Shown here piece after piece: positions 11,094 through 21,758 of a stretch of 64,000 nt of DNA (position 1 is the stretch's first letter; the number at the start of each line of letters is the position of its first letter). A program made the translations under genes and the position numbers. This DNA is from an uncultured Prochlorococcus sp. (GTDB lineage Bacteria > Cyanobacteriota > Cyanobacteriia > PCC-6307 > Cyanobiaceae). The notes beneath the pieces are model-generated. The model did not search any database. It had not been told where the DNA came from and was given only the letters and a program-made list of their open reading frames with translations. The DNA lies in NCBI GenBank assembly GCA_902571335.1, contig CACGBT010000003.1, positions 18,102-82,101 of the forward strand. Reading direction: 5' to 3'.

Positions 11094-11405
11094 ATGAAAT
11101 GTTTAACTATTATATTCTTGAAATTTTTGTTTTTATCTAATTTTGTTATGGCAGAAACAATACCAACAAAATCTAAAATTTTAAAACAATCTAATGATTG
11201 TATTAGAGATTCTCAAACCCAAGTTTGTAGAGAGTTAGTTTCTGAAATAGAAAAACTTCAATTAGTAGTATTTGATCAAAATAGATTCAAATGTCAATCG
11301 AGTTTATTGGGTTTGCAGTCGGAAATTATTGAAGCTTATTTTTTAAAAAATTCTTTTAATGAGAGAATTTCATTTATGATCCCATATGTGATTAAAAATT
11401 GTTAA
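11094..11405 (+). CDS. Small secreted hypothetical protein
   Basis: Signal-peptide-like N-terminus ending VMA-E; four Cys in the mature part. Confidence 0.65.
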   Translation: MKCLTIIFLKFLFLSNFVMAETIPTKSKILKQSNDCIRDSQTQVCRELVSEIEKLQLVVFDQNRFKCQSSLLGLQSEIIEAYFLKNSFNERISFMIPYVIKNC

Positions 11406-11459
11406 TAATCAAAATAATTTATTTTTTTGGAATATTATAAGCTTGATATTTATTTTGAA

Positions 11460-11705
11460 ATGGTAAAAGGTTTTTCTGAAAATGAAGTTAAGAATGATAC
11501 TGAAATAAAAAAATCAAAAAAAGAAAAAAAAGGCTTAGCTGCTTTTCTGAAGGGCAAGAAGTTTACTTATACTTTGCCGGGTAAAAAACAAATAAATATT
11601 TTTGGATCAATAGTATTAGCCTTAAATATGATTTTAATATTGCTAGTCATCCTTTACTTAAAGAATCAAGAATTCCATGACTTTGTTTTTAACGTTGGTC
11701 GTTAA
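11460..11705 (+). CDS. Small membrane hypothetical protein
   Basis: ATG at 11460 (MVKGFSENE...), Lys-rich N-terminus, one TM helix near the C-terminus. Confidence 0.6.
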   Translation: MVKGFSENEVKNDTEIKKSKKEKKGLAAFLKGKKFTYTLPGKKQINIFGSIVLALNMILILLVILYLKNQEFHDFVFNVGR

Positions 11706-11761
11706 ATATCTTTAGATCGAAAAATTTTTTTAAATGATATATTAAAATTTTATAAATTCTT

Positions 11762-12019
11762 ATGAAGGTAGTAAATTTAGTTTTTCAAGTATTTTTTTTG
11801 TTAGTAACCCTTTCATTTTTGATATATTTTCTAACAGGTTTTGACTCTGCTTTTGAGGCAGACCAGAATTGTCATTCACATCTTTCAAGTTACGATAACC
11901 TGTCTGGAAATTATGGATGTGATCATGATACTGAGACACATCAGTGGATACTTTACGAGTCAAATGAGAGTAAAGAACCAGCTAAAATTATAAAGAAATT
12001 TAGGTACAAATTTTTATAA
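11762..12019 (+). CDS. Small membrane-anchored hypothetical protein
   Basis: N-terminal TM helix, then DQNCH...YGCDHDTETHQWILYE. Confidence 0.62.
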   Translation: MKVVNLVFQVFFLLVTLSFLIYFLTGFDSAFEADQNCHSHLSSYDNLSGNYGCDHDTETHQWILYESNESKEPAKIIKKFRYKFL

Positions 12020-12226
12020 CTTAAATTTTTTATAAAAAAACTTGGCACTTATAATTGAGATCATCGCTGTAACTGTGAAAGTAAGATATTGATATATGCT
12101 TCCTTCTAAGTAAATTTTATTTTTATAAAGAGGATAATCAATCAAGGAACCTAATGTTCCCCAAATAATTACCCATACAGATATGTATAGGGTTGCTTTG
12201 ATTGGATTAGATTTTTTTTCTTCCAT
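12014..12226 (-). CDS. Small two-TM hypothetical protein
   Basis: ISVWVIIWGTLGSLIDYP plus a second hydrophobic helix; starts 2 nt after the hli stop. Confidence 0.6.
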   Translation of the reverse strand: MEEKKSNPIKATLYISVWVIIWGTLGSLIDYPLYKNKIYLEGSIYQYLTFTVTAMISIISAKFFYKKFKL

Positions 12227-12228
12227 TT

Positions 12229-12474
12229 TTAATTGATACCAAAAATTGAGGAAGTTACAGGCCTGCCACTAAAAACCAACTCGGTTAATATAAGCATTAA
12301 GAATCCGATCATTGCTGCTCTACCATTTACTAGTTCAGCACTGCTATTAAATCCAAAAACATTCTTTACCTCATCTCCCTGATTGTCTACCCATTTTGAG
12401 TATTCATTATTTGTTGATGATGTATTAGTAAAATCATCATTTTGATTTTCTATTGGAGAGCCGTTTTCTTGCAT
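12229..12474 (-). CDS. hli: High-light-inducible protein (HLIP, one-helix CAB family)
   Basis: FGFNSSAELVNGRAAMIGF chlorophyll-binding motif (E..NGR.AM.G). Confidence 0.92.
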   Translation of the reverse strand: MQENGSPIENQNDDFTNTSSTNNEYSKWVDNQGDEVKNVFGFNSSAELVNGRAAMIGFLMLILTELVFSGRPVTSSIFGIN

Positions 12475-12530
12475 AAATTTTTATAATTTATTTTAGTAAT
12501 TTTAAAACTAATTTATTATTCAATTAAACT

Positions 12531-13544
12531 CTAGATTATAAAAAAAATTAAGACAAAAATTATTATCCATAAAAATTGTAATCTCAAAATTAATTGACAA
12601 ATTAATTTGATTTTTTCTTCAGTGCAATTTTCTCCAGTCTCATTAATTATTGGCTTTTCAATAATTTCATTTTTATATTTACTTTTACCTCCCAATTTAA
12701 TATCGGAAATATAGGCAAATATAGCTTCTGAAATCCCAGCATTAGGCGAATCATATTTTTTACCATCAAGATAACTTTTTTTTATGATTGATCCATACTC
12801 ATTAACTTTGGAGCTAATTAAAGGTAACGTGATTAAAACTAATCTTGAAGGAATAAATGTAGAAATATCTTCGATTTTTGCACTAAAAAAACCCAAATAT
12901 CTAAAATAATCATATTTGTAACCTATCATTGAATCTAAGGTACTTATGGCTTTATAAGAAAAACCAAGTGACAAAGGTCCTGGTAGAAAAATTGAAAACT
13001 TCATAAAAATAATTCCAATAAAAATCCAAAATAATGGCCCAAATATTCCATCAACAGAATTTTCGGTAAGGCTTTCGGCACTTGATCTTAAAAGATGTGC
13101 TATGGAAGATCCCCTTACATCCCTACTTACTATTCTCTGTACCTTCTCTGTGATTATTCTCTTATTTTGGTTAATAATTTCCTTGCGTTCTATTAGCTCT
13201 GCAATCTCTTTCACACTTGAAATAAGTCCCTTAGTCGCAATACAACTTGAAAGTCCAAAAAAAACTAACAATCCACCAATAAAATGATTGCTTGATTGCA
13301 TATAACTTAGTTCTATCAATTTTCCTAAACCAAAACTCATGCCAATAGTCGATATAGCTATGATGAAACCTCCCCAAAACAATATATTTTTATTCTCTCC
13401 AAAATTATTTATGAAGTAATCAGATATTTTTTTTATGTAAAAGCCTATTACTTGAACAGGATGGATAAAAAATCTTGGATCGCCGGTCAATAAATCAAAA
13501 CCAATTGATCCAAGAAATATTAAAAATAAACTTATTTCAGCCAA
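12531..13544 (-). CDS. cbiB: Adenosylcobinamide-phosphate synthase CbiB/CobD
   Basis: GDP...[42 protein letters not shown]. Confidence 0.93.
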   Translation of the reverse strand: MAEISLFLIFLGSIGFDLLTGDPRFFIHPVQVIGFYIKKISDYFINNFGENKNILFWGGFIIAISTIGMSFGLGKLIELSYMQSSNHFIGGLLVFFGLSSCIATKGLISSVKEIAELIERKEIINQNKRIITEKVQRIVSRDVRGSSIAHLLRSSAESLTENSVDGIFGPLFWIFIGIIFMKFSIFLPGPLSLGFSYKAISTLDSMIGYKYDYFRYLGFFSAKIEDISTFIPSRLVLITLPLISSKVNEYGSIIKKSYLDGKKYDSPNAGISEAIFAYISDIKLGGKSKYKNEIIEKPIINETGENCTEEKIKLICQLILRLQFLWIIIFVLIFFII

Positions 13545-14521
13545 CTGAACATCGAGCGTAGCCCTTTTCCTACTTTCTCAATTTCATGTTTTGAGTTCTC
13601 TTCTCTTAATTTTGTCATTAAGGGTTTATTTTTATCGCATTCTTCCACAAAATTTTTAGCGAAAGTTCCATCTTGAATATCTTTTAGAATTTTTTGCATT
13701 TCTTTCTTTGTATCACTATTAATCAGTCTTTTACCACTTACATAATCTCCATATTCAGCAGTATTTGAAATGGAATCTCTCATTTGTGATAAGCCTCCTT
13801 TTACCATTAAATCAACAATAAGTTTAACTTCATGTAAGCATTCGAAGTAAGCAAGTTCAGGCTGATATCCTGCCTCTACAAGAGTTTCGAAGCCTGACTT
13901 GACGAGTTCTGATAATCCTCCGCATAAAACAGCTTGTTCACCAAATAAATCAGTTTCTGTTTCTTCTTTGAAGTTTGTTTCAAGAATCCCAGCTCTTGTT
14001 CCGCCAATCCCTTTAGCGTAAGCCATCGCCAATGATCTTGCACTTCCAGAAGAATCCTGCTCTACTGCAAACAATGCTGGAACTCCTTGCCCATTCTGAT
14101 ATTCCCAACGAACAGTATGCCCAGGTCCTTTTGGAGCAATCATCACAACATCCACAAAACTAGGAGGTTTGATAAGTCCGAATCTTATATTGAAGCCATG
14201 AGCAAAGCTTAATATCTTTCCTTCTTTTAAGTTGGGCTCTATTTCTCTAAGGTAAACATCTTTCTGAAACTCATCTGGGAGGAGAATCATAATCCAGTCT
14301 GCTTTTTCACAAGCTTCAGAAACGCTAAAAACTTGTAGACCATCGCTAATAGCTTTGCTTTCAGACTTGCTACCTTTATATAATCCAACAATTACGTCCA
14401 TTCCGCTATCTTTAAGGTTTAGGGCATGTGCATGACCTTGTGAACCATATCCAATAATCGCTATTGTTTTATTATTTAAAAGACTTAGATCTGCATCTGT
14501 GTCGTAATAGAGTTGGGTCAT
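13532..14521 (-). CDS. ilvC: Ketol-acid reductoisomerase
   Basis: [38 protein letters not shown]. Confidence 0.98.
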   Translation of the reverse strand: MTQLYYDTDADLSLLNNKTIAIIGYGSQGHAHALNLKDSGMDVIVGLYKGSKSESKAISDGLQVFSVSEACEKADWIMILLPDEFQKDVYLREIEPNLKEGKILSFAHGFNIRFGLIKPPSFVDVVMIAPKGPGHTVRWEYQNGQGVPALFAVEQDSSGSARSLAMAYAKGIGGTRAGILETNFKEETETDLFGEQAVLCGGLSELVKSGFETLVEAGYQPELAYFECLHEVKLIVDLMVKGGLSQMRDSISNTAEYGDYVSGKRLINSDTKKEMQKILKDIQDGTFAKNFVEECDKNKPLMTKLREENSKHEIEKVGKGLRSMFSWLK

Positions 14522-14630
14522 TAGTTGTAATTTCTTTGCATTTGATAATTATTATTTTAGACATTAAGGTGTAAATAAACCAAAAAAATATTAATTTAAA
14601 AATTAAAATTAAAATATTAATTTAGAAAAT

Positions 14631-15242
14631 TTAAGACTGATTTGCTTCGCTTGGATGTGTAATTACTCTATCGATTAAGCCATAATTTTTTGCTTCTTCG
14701 GCACTTAGAAAATAATCTCTATCAGTATCTTTTTCAATTTTCTCAAATGATTGGCCTGTCATATCTGCCATAGACATATTTAACATGTCTTTAATTCTTA
14801 AAATTTCCTTAGCTTCTATTTCAATATCACTTGCTTGACGTTGAGAAGTTCCTCCTAGAGGTTGATGAATCATTATTCTGCTATGAGGCAAAGCAACTCT
14901 TTTACCTTTTGTGCCAGCGGCCAATAGGAACGCTCCCATTGAGGCTGCTAGGCCTACGCAGATTGTTACCACATCACTTTTTACGTATTTAATAGTGTCA
15001 TATATAGCCAAGCCAGCAGTAACTGAGCCTCCTGGGCTATTTATATATAGATAGATAGGTTTGGAATTATCATCAGAATCTAGATAAAGCATTTGCGCAA
15101 CAAGGCTATTAGCAATACCATCATTCACTTCCTGACCAAGAAAAAGGATTCTTTCAACACCTAGTCTTGTATATATGTCAACCCATCTTTCGTATTGACT
15201 TCCTGGAAGTCTGTAAGGCACGCTTGGAGTTCCTATTGGCAT
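14631..15242 (-). CDS. clpP3: Clp protease proteolytic subunit (cyanobacterial ClpP3 type)
   Basis: MPIG.P.VPY N-terminus, [22 protein letters not shown]. Confidence 0.92.
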   Translation of the reverse strand: MPIGTPSVPYRLPGSQYERWVDIYTRLGVERILFLGQEVNDGIANSLVAQMLYLDSDDNSKPIYLYINSPGGSVTAGLAIYDTIKYVKSDVVTICVGLAASMGAFLLAAGTKGKRVALPHSRIMIHQPLGGTSQRQASDIEIEAKEILRIKDMLNMSMADMTGQSFEKIEKDTDRDYFLSAEEAKNYGLIDRVITHPSEANQS

Positions 15243-15266
15243 GATTTTAAAATAGTTTTGTGAAGG

Positions 15267-15938
15267 TTAAATTTTATTTGGTAAATCTTTTTGACTTGTG
15301 AGTATTCTATCGATAACTCCATAATCTAGGGCTTCTTGGGGGTTGAGATAACTCATCCTGTCAGAGTCTTTTGAGAGTTCTTCGATAGTCTTTCCTGTAT
15401 TACGAGATAGAATCTCCAGCATTGATTTTTTATTTTTCAAAACTTCCTCAGCTCTTATTTGGATATCAGTAGCTTGACCTCTTGCTCCGCTTATAGGTTG
15501 ATGTAAAACGATAGAAGCATGTGGAAGAGCTGCCCTTTGTCCCTTAGTGCCAGATGAAAGGATAACTGCAGCAGTCCCCATTGCTTGTCCGATACATATT
15601 GTGTGAACTGGGGGCTTGATATAGCTTATTGTATCGCAGATAGCGAAAGCTTCTGTTTCAAAACCAACTGCGTCACCAGTGTACCAACTTGTCCCTGTTG
15701 AATTGATATAGAAATAAATTGGTTTTTCTGGATCCTCAAATTCTAGATAAAGAAGTTGAGCAATGATTAGCTCAGTTACATCCATTCCTAGTTGTCTTTT
15801 CGCATCATCATCTGAAAATAATGGTAAACCAAGATAAACTATTCGCTCTTTCAATAAAAGAGAGGGGAGATCAGGGGGAGGAGTCCTCATAACGGTGTTT
15901 TCGCCGTAATAAGGAGCAGATACAGTCATTTGTATCAC
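15267..15938 (-). CDS. clpR: Non-catalytic Clp subunit ClpR
   Basis: RTPPPDLPSLLLKERIVYLGLPL; catalytic Ser region replaced (QAMGTAA); likely start MTVSAPYY. Confidence 0.88.
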   Translation of the reverse strand: MIQMTVSAPYYGENTVMRTPPPDLPSLLLKERIVYLGLPLFSDDDAKRQLGMDVTELIIAQLLYLEFEDPEKPIYFYINSTGTSWYTGDAVGFETEAFAICDTISYIKPPVHTICIGQAMGTAAVILSSGTKGQRAALPHASIVLHQPISGARGQATDIQIRAEEVLKNKKSMLEILSRNTGKTIEELSKDSDRMSYLNPQEALDYGVIDRILTSQKDLPNKI

Positions 15939-15970
15939 AAAAATTAATATTGTTTAGATTGTAGCTAGAT

Positions 15971-17080
15971 TTAGCCCTGTGTCGCTGGTGATTTAAAAGA
16001 TTTGTTTGACTCAGGATTATTTATTAGTTTTCCAAAGACCATTCTTCCAGTGGGAGTTTGTAATGCTCCTGTGATAACAATATCTAATCTGCTTCCCACA
16101 AAATTCTTTGCCTCGTCAATAACAACCATTGTGCCATCATCTAAATATCCAATACCTTGCATTTTTTCTTTGCCTTCTCTCACTATTTTTATATTAAGTG
16201 ATTCTCCTGGTTGTACTTCTGGCCTTAAAGCAATAACTAAATCACTCAAATTCATAACTTTTAATTCTTTAACTTCAGCAATCTGAGAAAGATTATAATC
16301 AGCCGTAATTAAAGTCCCTGACATATCCTCAGTAATTTTCAAGAGTTTTTCATCTACCCCATTACCTTCATACTTTGTTGGATTTATTACAAGTCTTCTC
16401 CCATATAGATCTCTTAATTCTTTTAATAACTTGAGACCTCTTCTGCCTTTAGACCTTTTTTCATTACTGCTTGAGTCAGCTAGTGTTTGTAATTCGTCAA
16501 TTACACTTTGAGCAACAATTAATTGACCTTCCAATAAGCCGCAACTTAATAGGCCATTGATTCTTCCATCAATAATTACACTGGTATCCAGAATTTTTGG
16601 ACTTGCAGCAGGGAGGATCCCTTCATTGACTAGATATGCATCAGTATTATTTGGATTGAATAATCTCAATAATGTCCTTCCGTGGGTATCTGCCAATTTA
16701 TAACCAAGCACACCAAAGAAAATGTTACTTAATATAGCTGATAAGGGTTTTGCGAAAAAAACCTCTCTAGGGAAAGGAATTAATAGTATTGGAGCAAGGA
16801 GTAGATTTGCAACAAGTAATCCTAAAATTAATCCAACAGACCTACTTATTAGTAAGTCCGTTGGCATTGTTCTTATTTGATCAAGAAAGGTCTTTCTAAG
16901 TTGAAGGAATACAAAACCAGCTGCTAATCCTACAAAAAAACCTATTATTGCTAAAACAATTCTAAAACCTTCTACATTAGATACCTGTTTAAGTATGTCC
17001 ACTGGTAATAAATCAACACCAAGCCATCCTGAAGCAGCCCCAGACAATACAAATAAAATTAATACTAAGATATCTGTCAT
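15971..17080 (-). CDS. Membrane PIN/TRAM domain protein (YacL-like)
   Basis: Four N-terminal TM helices, ILDTSVIIDGRI PIN motif, GKE..QGIGYLDDGTMVV TRAM domain. Confidence 0.9.
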   Translation of the reverse strand: MTDILVLILFVLSGAASGWLGVDLLPVDILKQVSNVEGFRIVLAIIGFFVGLAAGFVFLQLRKTFLDQIRTMPTDLLISRSVGLILGLLVANLLLAPILLIPFPREVFFAKPLSAILSNIFFGVLGYKLADTHGRTLLRLFNPNNTDAYLVNEGILPAASPKILDTSVIIDGRINGLLSCGLLEGQLIVAQSVIDELQTLADSSSNEKRSKGRRGLKLLKELRDLYGRRLVINPTKYEGNGVDEKLLKITEDMSGTLITADYNLSQIAEVKELKVMNLSDLVIALRPEVQPGESLNIKIVREGKEKMQGIGYLDDGTMVVIDEAKNFVGSRLDIVITGALQTPTGRMVFGKLINNPESNKSFKSPATQG

Positions 17081-17177
17081 ATCTATAATCTACTAGGATT
17101 TATTAATTGAGTAAATAAGGATTTAATTTTTTTCGATCCTAAATACTTTTTTTGGAGCTTAAAAATGAATTTAGATT

Positions 17178-18401
17178 ATGAATAAGTTTCCAAGAAGTGC
17201 TTATGTGCACATTCCTTTTTGCCACAGAAGGTGTTTTTATTGTGATTTTGCAGTCATTCCATTAGGAAACAAAGTTGAAACTTTACAAGGTTATGGAAGC
17301 AAAACTGTTAAAGAGTATTTGCACTTTTTATATAAAGAAATATTGTCAATTAAGCATAAATCACCTCTATCGACAATCTATATAGGAGGTGGTACCCCAT
17401 CAATCTTAGATCCTACCCAAATCAAAGAATTAATTGATCTTTTTAAAGAAAATTACGGAATTGACTATGGTGCTGAAATCACTATGGAGGTTGATCCAGC
17501 TAGTTTTACTCAAGATGACCTTAGTGGATTCATAAATGCTGGGATAAATAGATTTAGTCTCGGAGTACAAAGTTTTAATAATCAGATACTTCAAAAGTCG
17601 GGAAGGCGTCATTTGAAAGAAGATGCAGAAAAATCTTGTTTATGGTTGAAGAGAGAATATGAGTCTGGGTTAATAAAAAGCTGGAGTCTAGATTTAATTC
17701 AAAACTTGCCACTTAGTGGATTTAAAGAATGGCAATATGACTTAAATAAAGCAATAAAATTTTCGCCACCGCACCTATCTATTTACGATTTAAATATTGA
17801 AAATGGCACTGTTTTTAAAAAATTAGTTAATTTAGGAAAATTAAAACTCCCAAGTGATGAACAAGCTTTTAGAAATAGTAAATCAACTCATTTAATTTTA
17901 AAAAACACAGGGTATTCAAGATATGAAATCTCAAACTATTGCCTCCCAGGACATCAATCGAGACATAATAGGGTTTATTGGAGTGGTTTAGGCTGGTGGA
18001 GTTTTGGTCAAGGTTCTACTAGTTCACCTTGGGGGGAAAAGTTAACTAGACCAAGAGTTGGTAAAGAATATAAAGAATGGGTAGTTAAACAATATGAACG
18101 TAATTTAGATTCATCCTTAACTAATAAGGAGTTTGTCTATAAAGAACTTGATGAAAAAATAATGTTGGGATTAAGACTCAAAGAGGGTGTAGATATCAAA
18201 GAATTATTTAAAGAACAAAACTGGGAAAACAAAAAATTTGAAGGCAACTTTAGTAAATTACTTGAAGAATGGGAAAAATTTCTTGATAGTGGACTGTTAG
18301 TAAGAGAGGGGAATAGATTCTTTTTAAGTGACCCCAAAGGAATGGAACTAAGCAATCAAGTTCTTGTTTCTATGTTTAAGTGGTTTGATGAGATTATTTA
18401 A
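17178..18401 (+). CDS. hemW: Radical SAM heme chaperone HemW (HemN-like)
   Basis: YVHIPFCHRRCFYCDF, GGGTPS, YEISNY, HNRVYW. Confidence 0.9.
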   Translation: MNKFPRSAYVHIPFCHRRCFYCDFAVIPLGNKVETLQGYGSKTVKEYLHFLYKEILSIKHKSPLSTIYIGGGTPSILDPTQIKELIDLFKENYGIDYGAEITMEVDPASFTQDDLSGFINAGINRFSLGVQSFNNQILQKSGRRHLKEDAEKSCLWLKREYESGLIKSWSLDLIQNLPLSGFKEWQYDLNKAIKFSPPHLSIYDLNIENGTVFKKLVNLGKLKLPSDEQAFRNSKSTHLILKNTGYSRYEISNYCLPGHQSRHNRVYWSGLGWWSFGQGSTSSPWGEKLTRPRVGKEYKEWVVKQYERNLDSSLTNKEFVYKELDEKIMLGLRLKEGVDIKELFKEQNWENKKFEGNFSKLLEEWEKFLDSGLLVREGNRFFLSDPKGMELSNQVLVSMFKWFDEII

Positions 18402-19167
18402 GCCTTTCAGAGTTTACCCATTCTTTTAATTTATCCTTTAAAAATTTCTTTCCTTGGATAATCGGTTGGCAAAATGGTGGTTGATCATCATTAAGGCCTA
18501 ACAAATCTGCTGTAACTCTTACTTGCCCATCGCAATAATTACCTGCACCGATGCCTATTATGGGAATTGTTAAAGAATTTTGTATTTCTTTAGCTAGCAA
18601 ATCAGGAATATGTTCAAGAACTATTGAAAAACATCCTAATTCTTCAAGAATTGAAGCCTCTTTCTTGATTTTTTCTTGGCTTGCTAAGCTTTCTCCTTGT
18701 TTTTTTAATCCAATATTTAGATAGCTTTGTGGGGTAAGACCTATATGACCCATAACAGGGATTCCCATTCTTATTAATCTAGAAATAACTTTTTGTATTT
18801 CTGGTTCAGCTCCTTCTACTTTTACAGCTTTTGCGTAAGTGCTCTGAATGATTTTCCCTGCATACTCAACAGCTTTATCCTCTCCACATTGGTAAGTCAG
18901 AAAAGGCATATCTGAAACGACTAAAGGTTGTTCCTCAATTTTCTTCTTAAATCCTCTTGAAACAGCATTAGTATGATAAATTATGTTTTCTAAAGTCAAT
19001 GGCAATGTCGATTTGTATCCTAAGCAGACCATTGCTAGTGAATCTCCTACTAGTACGAGATCAACATTTGCTTGTTCTGCAATAGATCCTGATATGGAGT
19101 CCCAAGCAGTTAGTGCAATGATTTTGCGAGATTTTTTTTTATAATTAACTAGGTCTGAAGGCAACAT
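18394..19167 (-). CDS. panB: 3-methyl-2-oxobutanoate hydroxymethyltransferase
   Basis: LVGDSL, DMPF, VKVEG, GHIGLTPQS, IGIGAG..CDGQV. Confidence 0.97.
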   Translation of the reverse strand: MLPSDLVNYKKKSRKIIALTAWDSISGSIAEQANVDLVLVGDSLAMVCLGYKSTLPLTLENIIYHTNAVSRGFKKKIEEQPLVVSDMPFLTYQCGEDKAVEYAGKIIQSTYAKAVKVEGAEPEIQKVISRLIRMGIPVMGHIGLTPQSYLNIGLKKQGESLASQEKIKKEASILEELGCFSIVLEHIPDLLAKEIQNSLTIPIIGIGAGNYCDGQVRVTADLLGLNDDQPPFCQPIIQGKKFLKDKLKEWVNSERLK

Positions 19168-19213
19168 AATAAATTTATGTATCTTTTTGAATCAAGAATT
19201 GCTAATATGAATT

Positions 19214-19310
19214 TGACTCGGCCTTTCGCGGTTTTAACGCCTAAACCTGGTCAGGACCGGAAGGTAGCAGCCACAAGGGATGCTTGAGGCAGGCGAGAAA
19301 ACCGAGTCAC
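19214..19310 (+). ncRNA. ffs: Signal recognition particle RNA (4.5S)
   Basis: Terminal stem TGACTCGG/CCGAGTCA and conserved helix-8 motif TCAGGACCGGAAGGTAGCAGC. Confidence 0.95.
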
Positions 19311-19327
19311 TCTATTTATTTTACCTT

Positions 19328-20443
19328 CTAACCTATATCTTTTTTATTTTGCCTTAATCTCAAAAACTCAGGAATACTGGCTCCTGATTCTTTATTGTCT
19401 GAAAAGTTATATAAGGGTTGATTAGATAATCTGTTTTTTATTCTTTGCTGGTTTACTGGTTGGCTCATTTCAAATCCTGTAGCAATTACAGTAACTTGTA
19501 TCTCCCCTTCCATTGCCTCATCGACCACTGCACCAACAATAATATTTGCTTCTTGATCAACAACATCATAAATAATTTCAGATGCGGAGGTCATGTCTTC
19601 TAAAGTCATGTCTTTGCCACCTGTAATATTTATGACGCAGCCTTTAGCTCCATCAATTCTAGCTGCTTCTAATAAAGGACTATTCATTGCTGCCTGTGCT
19701 GCCTCTATAGCTCTAGATCTTCCTGAACCTATACCTATTCCAAGCAGAGCAGTGCCAGCTTCCGTCATAACTGATCTTACGTCTGCAAAATCAACATTAA
19801 CTAGTCCTGGGCAAGTAATTATGTCACTTATGCCTTTGACTCCCATCCTTAGAACATCATCAGCATTCCTAAATGCTTCTTGAAGGGGAGCTCCTGCTAT
19901 AACGTCTTTTAATCGATCATTTGGAATAATTATAAGAGTATCAACGTTTTCAGCTAGTCTTGCGATCCCCTCCTCTGCTTGACGCATTCTTCTTTTTCCT
20001 TCAAAAGAAAATGGTTTAGTTACTATTCCTACTGTTAAAGCCCCACTTTGTTTGGCTACTTCTGCAACTACGGGAGCTGCTCCTGTACCAGTTCCTCCAC
20101 CCATTCCAGCGGCTATAAAAACTAGATCAGATCCTTCTAAAGCTTGTTGAAGCTCTTCTTTGGATTCTTCGGCTGCTTTTTGTCCAATACTTGGATTCCC
20201 ACCTGCACCTAACCCTCTAGTGAGGTTTTGTCCAAGTTGAACCCTACTCTCTGCAGAAGATTGTAGTAGGGCTTGTGCATCGGTATTGAGGACTCTAAAT
20301 GAAACGCCTTCTAAATCACTGTTTATCATCCTATTGACTGCATTACTGCCACCACCACCTACACCAATAACTTCTATTTTGGCGTTTTGGCTTGGAAGGA
20401 TTTCTCTCGATTGATCAAAGTTTGGATTGTTACCGAAGCTCAT
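19328..20443 (-). CDS. ftsZ: Cell division protein FtsZ
   Basis: [27 protein letters not shown]-terminal IPEFL. Confidence 0.99.
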   Translation of the reverse strand: MSFGNNPNFDQSREILPSQNAKIEVIGVGGGGSNAVNRMINSDLEGVSFRVLNTDAQALLQSSAESRVQLGQNLTRGLGAGGNPSIGQKAAEESKEELQQALEGSDLVFIAAGMGGGTGTGAAPVVAEVAKQSGALTVGIVTKPFSFEGKRRMRQAEEGIARLAENVDTLIIIPNDRLKDVIAGAPLQEAFRNADDVLRMGVKGISDIITCPGLVNVDFADVRSVMTEAGTALLGIGIGSGRSRAIEAAQAAMNSPLLEAARIDGAKGCVINITGGKDMTLEDMTSASEIIYDVVDQEANIIVGAVVDEAMEGEIQVTVIATGFEMSQPVNQQRIKNRLSNQPLYNFSDNKESGASIPEFLRLRQNKKDIG

Positions 20444-20621
20444 CTCTTAATAGGAATCTAATACTAGTATTGGGTGCATTATGAACTTACTGAGCTCATC
20501 TGTAGGAATTTGTTGAGGAAAATCCTAAAAATATTTATTTATTAAATATTTTGTTTGAATGCAAAACCCATATCAACACTACAATAATTAAAAAAAATTA
20601 CTCAAAACCCTTTTTCAAATA

Positions 20622-21341
20622 TTAGGGTTTGAACACTTTTATTTTTGGTTTATTTGGATCGGTAAGATCAATATTATCTATTTTCTCAGAAAAGTTATTT
20701 TTCTTAAATTCATTTTTTAGGTTATTGATTATTTGTAATTGGTATTTGATTAGATTTGGATTAAATCCTAGTAATATAGTTTGTAAATCTTTTTCCTCAA
20801 CAGTTAGAAAACCATTTGGTGAAAAAGAAATTTTAAATATATCTAAATCATAATTCTCTTGGGCTATAAAAATTTCAGATAATAACTTTTTGAATTTTTC
20901 TTTCCATCCAAAAACTTCTATCGTTAATCCATTAAATTTTTTTTCTTCAACATTTTGTTTCTTGATGAAAATCCCATCTTTATCAATAAAGCCAAATATT
21001 TTTTCTTCATTCAATATTCTTTCGCCGTAAGCTATTGGTGTTCTTGTATTAACTTTGACTTTCAATCCAAAAGGAAATAATTCTCTGTTTACAGAAATAT
21101 TCTTGAGTGACAAATTTTCTTTTAACTCTTTTTCTAAAAAATACGTATTAATTAAAATTAATCTGATTGGAAATTTTAAAGATGAATTTTTTAAAATATC
21201 ATTCTGTGAGAATAATTCACTTCCAGAAATTCTAACGTCCTTAATATTTACCTTTTTTAGTGTTTTTAGGCTTATTAAGCTTGTTGAAAATAAAAGTAGT
21301 AATAAAAAGCTTCTATTGTTAATTTTTTTCTCGTATTTCAC
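20622..21341 (-). CDS. ftsQ: Cell division protein FtsQ/DivIB
   Basis: TM helix, POTRA-like region (V.RELFP.GL.V.V..R.P.A), C-terminal IDL.DP..P; directly upstream of ftsZ. Confidence 0.8.
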   Translation of the reverse strand: MKYEKKINNRSFLLLLLFSTSLISLKTLKKVNIKDVRISGSELFSQNDILKNSSLKFPIRLILINTYFLEKELKENLSLKNISVNRELFPFGLKVKVNTRTPIAYGERILNEEKIFGFIDKDGIFIKKQNVEEKKFNGLTIEVFGWKEKFKKLLSEIFIAQENYDLDIFKISFSPNGFLTVEEKDLQTILLGFNPNLIKYQLQIINNLKNEFKKNNFSEKIDNIDLTDPNKPKIKVFKP

Positions 21342-21748
21342 AAATCACATCTAGCTTTTTCCATCAATTGGTCCATCCATTCTCTCGCCTGGTCTGCATC
21401 TGAAAATGGCACATCCATCTCTTTGCCATCGCCTACTAATCTCAGCCTGCATTTGCCTTGAGATTCATTTGTCAGGGGAGCTTCCCCTGAAGTTAGGGCC
21501 ATTAATTCAACTAACTCTAGTTTTTTAATTGCGAAACTATCTTTTTCTTCAAAAGTACCAGCTTCAAATGCGCTCCACTTTAATTCCCCATTTTTTAAGG
21601 ATGCTGCACCTGAACTATCTAACTTACAAAGTTCAGAACCAGTGGCCCAGTTCCTAAAAAGATTTTGCCTTCTTCTTTCTAACCATCCTAGAGCAGTTAA
21701 TAGTATAAAGATAAAAAGCAATGGTAACCAAAGAAGTCCATGCAACAT
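21338..21748 (-). CDS. Membrane-anchored hypothetical protein in the ddl-ftsQ-ftsZ cluster
   Basis: N-terminal TM helix; its stop overlaps the ftsQ start (GTGA). Confidence 0.75.
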   Translation of the reverse strand: MLHGLLWLPLLFIFILLTALGWLERRRQNLFRNWATGSELCKLDSSGAASLKNGELKWSAFEAGTFEEKDSFAIKKLELVELMALTSGEAPLTNESQGKCRLRLVGDGKEMDVPFSDADQAREWMDQLMEKARCDL

Positions 21749-21758
21749 TTGATTTGAA

